Shown here: piece after piece, positions 1 through 6,451 of the stretch | How the letters are laid out: every line of letters begins with the position of its first letter | Numbering within the stretch: position 1 is the stretch's first letter | Source of the DNA: a virus | Lineage: Duplodnaviria; Caudoviricetes | Virus record (IMG/VR): IMGVR_UViG_3300037565_000040 | Location: 1 to 41,957 of that record | Strand: one strand, 5' to 3' | Length of the DNA: 41,957 bases | The notes under the pieces: generated by a model | The model's input: only the letters and a program-made list of their open reading frames with translations | Told to the model about the DNA's origin: nothing | Database searches by the model: none | Made by a program: the position numbers and the translations under genes

Positions 1-127
1 CAGATTAGCTTACTCTCGTTGAACTTGCCGCCAAGAGGCCCGAATATCTGTTTGCTGCGCTCTATCGCATCCTCTGACGATACCGTAGTGCGCCGGAACA
101 TGATCGCGTTGAACGCCGAGCCGTAAC
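1..127. repeat. Terminal direct repeat, identical to 41831-41957 (circular assembly overlap)
   Basis: cagattagct...gccgtaac occurs at both ends. 127 bp is a common assembler k-mer length, and the repeat lies inside the terL ORF. Confidence 0.95.
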
Positions 128-275
128 GCTTCTCCTTGATGGCCCACTTGCCCAAAACACCATCTGTCTTGCCGCCGCCGCGCGCTCCACCAAAGAAAAC
201 CTCTGGGAGCGGACAATCTACAAGCGCCTTTTGCGGTCCAGCCTGCGGACGCCAGACGCTAATGTTCTGCGGCAT
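1..275 (-). CDS. terL: Terminase large subunit, N-terminal part (continues across the circular join into 41830-40654)
   Basis: Manual translation from ATG at 275: MPQNISVWRPQAGPQKALVDCPLPEVFFGGARGGGKTDG...NAIMFRRTT, with Q-motif and Walker A (GGARGGGKT), in frame with the 40654 ORF. Confidence 0.93.
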   Translation of the reverse strand, partial: MPQNISVWRPQAGPQKALVDCPLPEVFFGGARGGGKTDGVLGKWAIKEKRYGSAFNAIMFRRTTVSSEDAIERSKQIFGPLGGKFNESKLI

Positions 276-678
276 GTTCCTTTGCCCAATCCTCTTCTGT
301 CATGGGCTCATCGCTGATTTCGTAGTTGTGGTTCACGTTCTCAGAGCGTTCGACAAGGAAGCCGTGAAGCTTTGCTTTGCCCATCGACGCAGCAACAGCA
401 GCGCTAGCGCCCTTCTCATCCTTCATCGCAAGCTGTCGCGCCGCCTCTAGCTCTTCGGTCAGGCTTTCGAGCGTTACGCCCACCTGTTTTGCTGCACGTT
501 CCTGCAATTCAGTGATCCGATCACGAACCTTGATGTTTCTTGACAGGCGCGAACCCGCTTCTGCGGCTGACTTCTCTTCGACTGTGTAGCCCGCTTTTAG
601 ATACGCTTCTGTTGCTGAGAGGCCCTTTGCTACCCCTTGGGCGAAGCGTTCATGCTTAGCGTTGGAAAGAACTGGCAT
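259..678 (-). CDS. terS: Terminase small subunit
   Basis: KHERFAQGVAKGLSATEAYLKAGY...AAEAGSRL is a typical TerS HTH N-terminus; the gene lies directly upstream of terL. Confidence 0.9.
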   Translation of the reverse strand: MPVLSNAKHERFAQGVAKGLSATEAYLKAGYTVEEKSAAEAGSRLSRNIKVRDRITELQERAAKQVGVTLESLTEELEAARQLAMKDEKGASAAVAASMGKAKLHGFLVERSENVNHNYEISDEPMTEEDWAKEHAAEH

Positions 679-920
679 TACACCGGCACCACTGAAATCA
701 ACTGCCCATCGACCTGGACGCTGTTGCGCATGGCCTTGGCCCGACGCTCTGCATCCTCGAAGTCATAGGCAAACAGGTTGAACGTGTATTGTGACCCGTT
801 CATTCGATAGGAAAAGCAGAAGGCGTAGAGAATGCCGCCCTCGCCGTCTGGGCGAATGTGTTCCGGGTCTGGGCCTTCGCGACGGTTACGCTCTGCTGCG
901 AGGTCGATAACGTCGCTCAT
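678..920 (-). CDS. Hypothetical phage protein
   Basis: GGAG RBS before ATG at 920; TAATG overlap with terS. Confidence 0.7.
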   Translation of the reverse strand: MSDVIDLAAERNRREGPDPEHIRPDGEGGILYAFCFSYRMNGSQYTFNLFAYDFEDAERRAKAMRNSVQVDGQLISVVPV

Positions 921-985
921 TGCATTCTCCATTGTTCCAGGCTTCCCACCCGGATTGACGCGAGACACCGCGCGCTGCGGAACAC

Positions 986-1013
986 GAAAAAGCCCCGGCG
1001 CTAACCGAGGCTC
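986..1013 (-). terminator. Rho-independent terminator at the end of the late leader
   Basis: Minus strand reads AGCCTCGG-TTAGCG-CCGGGGCT-TTTT. Confidence 0.7.
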
Positions 1014-1022
1014 TGGTATTGC
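1007..1022 (+). repeat. 16-bp direct repeat, left copy, flanking the moron
   Basis: GAGGCTCTGGTATTGC, identical to 1538-1553. Confidence 0.9.
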
Positions 1023-1055
1023 GAAATTCGGATATTCAGACCCTATTGTATTTTA

Positions 1056-1107
1056 TCCGAAATAATCGGACTTAGGGCTTGCGTTATCCGAATTGTTCGG
1101 ATAGATT
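1056..1107 (+). promoter_or_regulatory. sigma70-type moron promoter with palindromic operators
   Basis: TTGCGT(1079-84)-17 bp-TAGATT(1102-07). The spacer carries the palindrome TATCCGAA-ttg-TTCGGATA (1085-1103); a second TCCGA-N5-TCGGA site is at 1056-1070. Confidence 0.75.
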
Positions 1108-1129
1108 GGTTTCAACAAAGGAGACCGAC

Positions 1130-1339
1130 ATGGCAAAGTTTCAGTGGAACAACGAAGAATTCACAAAGGCCGTCAAGCTGGTAGACAACCTCATGCCTAA
1201 CGCTCTTGAACCCCTGCACGCTGTAATGGGCGAAGCCTTCATGCGTTACGTCGAAGCAGCCGTTTCAATTGGGATACTTCATCGCTGCACAGAAACTAGC
1301 CGCTACTTTGCCATCAACCCTGCATACAAGGCGTCCTGA
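1130..1339 (+). CDS. Moron gene 1, hypothetical 69-aa protein
   Basis: AAGGAG RBS then ATG at 1130; opposite strand to the flanking late genes. Confidence 0.75.
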   Translation: MAKFQWNNEEFTKAVKLVDNLMPNALEPLHAVMGEAFMRYVEAAVSIGILHRCTETSRYFAINPAYKAS

Positions 1340-1340
1340 A

Positions 1341-1538
1341 TTGACCCCCACACAATTCGCCGAATGGCTCGCAGAGATGAAGGCCCGGTTCACCGATATC
1401 AAATCGGACGCCGACTGCGCCCGCCTTCTCGGCAAGTCTGACGACACCATTGTCAGCTACAAGCGCAAAGGCACTGACAGGACTGTTGCTCTCGCTTGCC
1501 GCGCCCTTCTGCATCGTCTTGAACCTTATGGCTCCTAG
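1341..1538 (+). CDS. Moron gene 2, small HTH DNA-binding protein
   Basis: TTG start, (M)TPTQFAEWLAEMK...SDADCARLLGKSDDTIVSYKRKG...VALACRALL; Cro/Xre-like HTH pattern. Confidence 0.75.
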   Translation: MTPTQFAEWLAEMKARFTDIKSDADCARLLGKSDDTIVSYKRKGTDRTVALACRALLHRLEPYGS

Positions 1539-1553
1539 AGGCTCTGGTATTGC
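1538..1553 (+). repeat. 16-bp direct repeat, right copy
   Basis: GAGGCTCTGGTATTGC, identical to 1007-1022. Confidence 0.9.
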
Positions 1554-1560
1554 TTGGGAA

Positions 1561-1637
1561 TGAGGCGGGAGCCGGATTTAGGTTGGTATGCCCTCACATC
1601 CAACACCGTTCGCAATGAGGGATTGCGACCCGCCTCA
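1561..1637 (-). ncRNA. Predicted three-way-junction RNA with complementary (kissing) loops
   Basis: Plus-strand coordinates: P1 TGAGGCGGG/CCCGCCTCA; P2 GTTGG(T)ATG/CATCCAAC with loop CCCTCA; P3 TCGCAAT/ATTGCGA with loop GAGGG. Strand inferred from operon direction. Confidence 0.5.
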
Positions 1638-1737
1638 ACTTATGAGAGCGCCTTGCCCTCTTGTTCTGTGTCGGTCTTCTCGGCCACCGTACCGACAGAA
1701 GTGGTGCAATGCGAACATCGACGCGGCAATAAGACGC

Positions 1738-1923
1738 CTAGTTCACCGCCGACACGCAGCCCATGTCACGTTGATGACCTTGGGCAATTAGAACCTCTCC
1801 AGACTGCTGTTCAGAAACGACGATCAGCGCCCTGCACGCTTCGCCAATTACGCGCTGTTCCGGCTTGAGCTTTTGAAGCGCCGCGATCAGCGATTTAACG
1901 TCCGTGGCATATTCCTTGACCAT
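1738..1923 (-). CDS. Hypothetical protein
   Basis: 61-aa ORF with an AGGAG RBS. Confidence 0.6.
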   Translation of the reverse strand: MVKEYATDVKSLIAALQKLKPEQRVIGEACRALIVVSEQQSGEVLIAQGHQRDMGCVSAVN

Positions 1924-1963
1924 CAGTTCGGCTCCTGCCCTTCGCGCTCTAGGACCGCCTCAA

Positions 1964-2150
1964 AATATTAGTCTGGGGACGCCTTACGGCGCAGCATGGC
2001 TGGAATTGAACCAGCGACCCTTTTGGCGCTACTCGGACCCGGCCTCCGCACTACCAGAGGCGGGCGACCCTTTCGTCTTAATACCGTCGCTCTACCGAAC
2101 TGAGCTACATGCCTACGGGTCAGTGTAACCCGCACCCCAATCTGAATATT
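1964..2150 (-). ncRNA. tRNA-like structured RNA (canonical D and T arms, enlarged anticodon domain, embedded in a four-way junction)
   Basis: Minus strand: GGCAUG-UA-GCUC AGUUCGGUA GAGC-[73 nt]-GCUGG UUCAAUU CCAGC-CAUGCU, flanked by two hairpins and closed by an outer stem. G-U pairs are valid on the minus strand only. Confidence 0.7.
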
Positions 2151-2151
2151 A

Positions 2152-2328
2152 CTACGAAAGCTCTCTGCCTTCCATCTCAATCACAGCGTCCAGCATTTGC
2201 TGCGTCTGCTCTGGTCCAATTGCTTCAATACAGACAGCAGCAATGGCGGCGAACAGTTCTGCGACTTCCTGGGGTTCTGTGATTTCGTGTTCGTCGTCGT
2301 CTTCGTCGGCATTGATGAGGGTGAACAT
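2152..2328 (-). CDS. Small acidic hypothetical protein
   Basis: AGGAGG RBS before ATG at 2328: MFTLINADEDDDEHE... Confidence 0.7.
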   Translation of the reverse strand: MFTLINADEDDDEHEITEPQEVAELFAAIAAVCIEAIGPEQTQQMLDAVIEMEGRELS

Positions 2329-2680
2329 GAAAGCCTCCTGCCGATGGGGTGGGGTGCGCCGTATGCATCCGACGACTTCGCGGAGAGGTAATGGATAACC
2401 CACGGGCCGCGCGCCCTGCTGCCGGAATGTTGGCAGCGACCTCGATGTAAGGGACGAGCGGGCGAACTGTGTGCAAGGATCGCTGGTGAGTGTCTTGCCC
2501 GCTCGATTTGGTGTGAGAGGTGAGACTTGGCCGGTACGGTTGGCCATCACCCACCATAATGGCTCATGAAACCACTATGCGCTTCGGGCTGCTCTCAAAC
2601 TTGGAAATCTAACATCCGGCGATCAACCCGGACGGCCTGTTGTCAGGTCTTAGTCTAGACGCAATAACGTCTATTTTAAA

Positions 2681-2709
2681 AACCTAGCCGCGCCGGTTTG
2701 ATTTGTCAA
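2681..2709 (-). promoter_or_regulatory. pR'-like late promoter overlapping the stop codon of the upstream regulator
   Basis: Minus strand TTGACA-17 bp-TAGGTT. Confidence 0.65.
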
Positions 2710-3293
2710 GCTGCCCGCCGTTTATCCCCAATGCCATAATACTTCGCCAAGGCGTTTAGCCCTTCACGAAGCCAGCCAACCATGTGATGAGCTTCCGTGT
2801 CTCGAATTACGCAGGTGTAGAGCGCGGCATAAATCGCCCCCTGCCCCCGCAATTCGTTCTGGCGCTCCTGAATAGCCAATTGAGCATCGCGCCAGCGCTT
2901 CGTTGCCCGCTTGTAGAACGCAACGTTTTCCTCGGTTACAGAATTGCCGTGAACCCGGTTCAGATCCACCCCGGACGGATCACGCGGCGCTCGAATGGCA
3001 ATCGCGTTATTCCGGTGGTCCTCTAGAAACGCCATAGCGGCCTCGTACTGGCGGGTAGACAGTTCCTTGGCCATGCACAGCCTGCCGACGAAACAACCCG
3101 CTCTCTGGTCACGGCTGTGCTCTGGTGGCACATTGTGAACCCGTATCCTCGCCTCAATGCCAGGGCGAAGCGTTTCGCGTTCGTCTCGCTCCATTCGATC
3201 TTTGACCCGCTCCATTACGTCAGCCTTCTTTCGGGACAGTCGCCCGGATGCTGTTCTGTTGCCTGCTTTTAGCCTTGGTCCACGTTTGCCCAT
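2706..3293 (-). CDS. Putative late-gene regulator (Q position)
   Basis: Last gene of the early operon, just before the late promoter. Basic N-terminus (GRLSR), C-terminal LREGLNALAKYYG. Function inferred from position and resemblance to alphaproteobacterial phage proteins at this locus. Confidence 0.55.
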   Translation of the reverse strand: MGKRGPRLKAGNRTASGRLSRKKADVMERVKDRMERDERETLRPGIEARIRVHNVPPEHSRDQRAGCFVGRLCMAKELSTRQYEAAMAFLEDHRNNAIAIRAPRDPSGVDLNRVHGNSVTEENVAFYKRATKRWRDAQLAIQERQNELRGQGAIYAALYTCVIRDTEAHHMVGWLREGLNALAKYYGIGDKRRAA

Positions 3294-3312
3294 CTTTAGC
3301 CCCTTTGATGGT

Positions 3313-3720
3313 TTAGGACAGAAGGTCGGCAAGGCGGCGTTCAATCCAGCCTCGCTCTTGCTCAAGCATTCTCTCGTAGTTGCGGTCTTGCTGAATGCGC
3401 ATTCTGGAGCTGAGCGAAAATGAGCGCATGGCTGCCAGATCAGGGTCCAGCATGTTAACGCCCATCGTTTTCTTCTCGCGAAGCTTGTCTGCCGCCGACT
3501 TGCCCAAGAGCTTCCTGAGTTGCCCCTGCAAATGCTCGCGCTCGCTATATGGATCGGCTGCGCTTTGCGCGCCCGGTGGCATCCCGCCCATTCCATAAGG
3601 GATGCCAACCCCCGGCACAGACAGGTCAGCCATCGTCTGCGTCACCGCCTCTTTTGCCATTGATGGGCCTGCCGCAAGCGCACCGCCCATTAGTCCGAGA
3701 AAGCCCCTGCGCTTCATCAC
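3313..3720 (-). CDS. Hypothetical protein with a twin-arginine-like N-terminus
   Basis: MKRRGFLGLMGGALAAGPSMA. Confidence 0.7.
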   Translation of the reverse strand: MMKRRGFLGLMGGALAAGPSMAKEAVTQTMADLSVPGVGIPYGMGGMPPGAQSAADPYSEREHLQGQLRKLLGKSAADKLREKKTMGVNMLDPDLAAMRSFSLSSRMRIQQDRNYERMLEQERGWIERRLADLLS

Positions 3721-3995
3721 TCTCCCCCTTTGGAATGGGAGGCGAGGACTTTGTCCCGTCGCTTCTGCCAGATTTCATCCATTGGGCTCCCTTCGGTCCA
3801 TCCTGACGCGCCCGTCGAAAGTAGCTCCCGCATTTCCTCTATTGCCTTGGCTTGGGCTTCGAGAAGGTCGGCGGCTTGCCACTCCACCTCTGTTTCCTTG
3901 CCGTACAGCGGACCTTTTCGACCATACTGAAAATCAACGCTTTCCTTTGCCATGGCTATCGCCCGTAGACGGTCCACCAGATCACTCACTTTCAT
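3717..3995 (-). CDS. Hypothetical protein
   Basis: 4-bp start/stop overlaps with both neighbours. Confidence 0.65.
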   Translation of the reverse strand: MKVSDLVDRLRAIAMAKESVDFQYGRKGPLYGKETEVEWQAADLLEAQAKAIEEMRELLSTGASGWTEGSPMDEIWQKRRDKVLASHSKGGE

Positions 3996-4165
3996 CCTTC
4001 ACTTCCTTCCGTTGGGGGCTTTTCCTTGCAAATACGGGAAACCGCAGACCAGCCCTTGCACCGTTCTGCGTAGCTTGGGCCTATCCACCAAAGCCGCATG
4101 GCGCTCAGGAGGCGCTTTCGCCAGTCCCGGAACCATGCAAGCTCTTGGGCGTCCGCTTCGGTCAT
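3992..4165 (-). CDS. Hypothetical protein
   Basis: ATGA overlap chain; MTEADAQELAWFRDW... Confidence 0.5.
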   Translation of the reverse strand: MTEADAQELAWFRDWRKRLLSAMRLWWIGPSYAERCKGWSAVSRICKEKPPTEGSEG

Positions 4166-4335
4166 TGAACGCCTCGCACCTTGTCGGCTTCCTTCCCGTA
4201 TGCCGTGTAAGCATCGGTTAGGGCCATGCGCTTCCAATCGCGGTCCTCTTGCGTTTCAGAAGGACTTTCGAGAATGCGCCAGACCCTTTTGCGCAGGATT
4301 GTGTGTGCCTCGTCTGTCACCCGCTGGTAGGTCAT
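4162..4335 (-). CDS. Hypothetical protein
   Basis: ATGA overlap chain; MTYQRVTDEAH... Confidence 0.55.
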   Translation of the reverse strand: MTYQRVTDEAHTILRKRVWRILESPSETQEDRDWKRMALTDAYTAYGKEADKVRGVQ

Positions 4336-4688
4336 TCGTCGGCCCACCGCCCCTGGTTCAAAAATGTGGCCGGGTGCGGAATGAACTTGTCTTCGATCTT
4401 CCGCTTGAACGTGTTCTTGTCGATCAGGCTTTCGACATAGCGGCGCGTCCCGGCTATGATCTCGTCTGCCGTGGCCTCAATCTCGATTTCCACGAACTGG
4501 CCGCTGTCCCGGTCTAGGGTGCGGGTCTTGAACCCGCCCTTTACGATGGCGTCGAACTTGGCCTTTGCGAGAGGCTTGCCAACGCGCTTGGGATAGATTG
4601 ACCAAAACTCGGCAAAGCGGCTCTCTGCCTTTTTGGCTTCCTGTGGGGCTTCCTGATCTGGAAACAGGGGGGCAACGTTACTGCGCAT
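4332..4688 (-). CDS. Replication-initiator C-terminal-like domain protein
   Basis: FAEFWSIYPKRVGK...AKAKF and FIPHPATFLNQGRW are motifs typical of the C-terminal domain of lambdoid replisome organisers. Confidence 0.7.
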   Translation of the reverse strand: MRSNVAPLFPDQEAPQEAKKAESRFAEFWSIYPKRVGKPLAKAKFDAIVKGGFKTRTLDRDSGQFVEIEIEATADEIIAGTRRYVESLIDKNTFKRKIEDKFIPHPATFLNQGRWADE

Positions 4689-5154
4689 TCATGGCCTCCA
4701 GTCGGGCTTGGTGTTTGCGTATTCCGTGAAGCACCGTGGTGTGGTCCCTGCCGCCGAGGCGCTTTCCAATTTGGGGAAGGCTCAGAGGCGTTTCGTGGCG
4801 CATCCGGTACATCATCTCATGACGCGCCAAGACCACGTTGTGCGGCCTTCGGTGACTGAAAATGTCGATCTCTGGAACGCCGTGCTTCTGGCAAACTTCC
4901 CGGACGATGATGCGCCACATGGGGGTGTGCTGATATTGGGGCTTTTCTTCTTCTGGCTCCGGGACCACGCAAATATAGTCACGCGGCTTGACCTTCATGT
5001 CGAAGTGCGCAGGGCGGATGGGGCGGGGCTTCGACTTCTCATACGGAAACCGTGGCCGCGCCTTTTGGATAAGCTCATCCTCTCGGATTTCACGCACGAG
5101 ATGGCGAACACTCTGCGCCTTCATCAGCGGAACAAAAGTAGGAAGGGCACCCAT
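4678..5154 (-). CDS. DnaA C-terminal (domain IV) HTH-containing protein
   Basis: VVLARHEMMYRMRHETPLSLPQIGKRLGGRDHTTVLHGIRK matches the DnaA domain IV signature. Confidence 0.9.
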   Translation of the reverse strand: MGALPTFVPLMKAQSVRHLVREIREDELIQKARPRFPYEKSKPRPIRPAHFDMKVKPRDYICVVPEPEEEKPQYQHTPMWRIIVREVCQKHGVPEIDIFSHRRPHNVVLARHEMMYRMRHETPLSLPQIGKRLGGRDHTTVLHGIRKHQARLEAMNAQ

Positions 5155-5429
5155 TAGCGGAACTCCGGTCCAAACGGGATGTCGTCGTCCATTCCACCGG
5201 GAGAGAATGCAGGGCCACCGGAGGATTGTGAGGGGCGTTCCTGGCGGCTGTTCTGCTCATCCTTGGGCCTGGGCGGCATCAGCACCAATTCGCCATTGAC
5301 GGGCAGTGCATCGAGCTTGACGTTCCAACCGCCAGACTTGTTGGCAAAGGCAACCCCTACCCGCGTCCAAAATCCCTTTGAGTTGTTGTCGTCTTTTCTA
5401 ACGGTGAATGCTTCTAAGCGGTCGGTCAT
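5154..5429 (-). CDS. Putative single-stranded DNA-binding protein
   Basis: FWTRVGVAF...VKLDALP core and an SSB-like acidic tail DDDIPF. Confidence 0.7.
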   Translation of the reverse strand: MTDRLEAFTVRKDDNNSKGFWTRVGVAFANKSGGWNVKLDALPVNGELVLMPPRPKDEQNSRQERPSQSSGGPAFSPGGMDDDIPFGPEFR

Positions 5430-5785
5430 TTTTTCATTTCCTCGATGTGTACGGTGACAGCCCCGCCCTTGATGGGGGCAGCTATCTCGCGGGTTGCGGT
5501 GAAGTGTTTGTCGTCAATCCCAAGGGCGTCTGCGATGCCGTCGCGCCAGTGCTTGGCCTGAGCCTCGCAATTGTCTTCGTCTGGCAGGTTCGCGGTCTTG
5601 GGGTGGAATACCCAATGCAGTTTGACGGCCTTCCAATCGACCTTGCGGCCTTGAAGGGCTTCCAGTGTCAGTGCCCATGCCATTTCACGCGCTGCCTTTA
5701 CGGCGCGGGCTTTCTTCGACCAATGAGCCTGTGTTCCATTGCGCTTTAGGGCCTTTTCGAACCAGGGGAGAGTGATCTGGATCAT
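5426..5785 (-). CDS. RusA-like Holliday junction resolvase
   Basis: PDEDNC...K...DGIADALGIDDKHF matches the RusA D-x-D-N...D...DD pattern. Confidence 0.75.
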   Translation of the reverse strand: MIQITLPWFEKALKRNGTQAHWSKKARAVKAAREMAWALTLEALQGRKVDWKAVKLHWVFHPKTANLPDEDNCEAQAKHWRDGIADALGIDDKHFTATREIAAPIKGGAVTVHIEEMKK

Positions 5786-6450
5786 GCTGCGCCACCGAAC
5801 AATTCGGATTGGCGCGCATCCTTGCGGTCCATCATGCGCAGAATAGTTTCGCCCTGATGCGCTTTGTCCCAGACGTACCAAGCATTAAGCATGGGCTGTG
5901 CGCCCTGCCCGGTGAAGTCGATGCGCCAGCGCATGAGATAGACGCGCGCAGGCGTGTATTCAGACCAGAGGGCAGCGCGCTCTGTTCCCGAACCCATCCA
6001 ATTGACGGGCAGAAGAAGGGCCATATATTCTACACCAAGCGTCTCTAGCGCATGGCGAACCCAGCCAGGATCTTCGTTGCACAGCGCAAACGGCGGGTTG
6101 GTAACTATCGCTTTGGCGCGTGGCTCTCGATAGTCATAGAAGCTGCGAATTTCTGCGCCACAGCCACGGTCCACTAAGTCGGACCTGATAGCCGTCAGTC
6201 CAACCGCCTCTATCTCGCGAGCCATAGCGCCGTCGCCTGCGGCTGGCTCCCAGACTGTGCCGAAATCGGAAAGCTGGGAAAGCTCGGCGTGAAGGAATGC
6301 GCGAGTCGGCTCCGGCGGCGTTGGGTAGAAGTCATCTTTCTCCCTCGCCAGCCCCTCTTGAGACTTAGCCAAAGTGCCGTCGAGCATTTCGGCCACGACA
6401 GGGTTAGCCGTCTTTCCTGTCGCCCGGAAAAGTCCGCGTGCAGACCCCAT
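5782..6450 (-). CDS. DNA N6-adenine/N4-cytosine methyltransferase
   Basis: DFYPTP, WEPAAGDG (SAM binding), IVTNPPF (catalytic motif IV). Confidence 0.88.
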   Translation of the reverse strand: MGSARGLFRATGKTANPVVAEMLDGTLAKSQEGLAREKDDFYPTPPEPTRAFLHAELSQLSDFGTVWEPAAGDGAMAREIEAVGLTAIRSDLVDRGCGAEIRSFYDYREPRAKAIVTNPPFALCNEDPGWVRHALETLGVEYMALLLPVNWMGSGTERAALWSEYTPARVYLMRWRIDFTGQGAQPMLNAWYVWDKAHQGETILRMMDRKDARQSELFGGAA

Positions 6451-6451
6451 C

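Noticed and set aside
1-127. Biological terminal repeat of the virion DNA
   Set aside because: 127 bp is a standard assembler k-mer length and the repeat falls mid-terL. It indicates circular assembly, not the physical genome ends.
1993-2113. Functional decoding tRNA or intron-containing tRNA
   Set aside because: There is no paired anticodon stem with a 7-nt loop, the acceptor is only 6 bp, and there is no CCA. The extra 50 nt is far too short for a group I intron.
3294-3608. N-terminal extension making the Q-position ORF 300 aa
   Set aside because: It overlaps the better-supported 3313-3720 gene in another frame. The start at 3293 fits the gene packing.
4678-5154. Host chromosomal dnaA gene or host contamination
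   Set aside because: Only domain IV is present, with no AAA+ domain, and it is embedded in a tightly overlapping phage operon.
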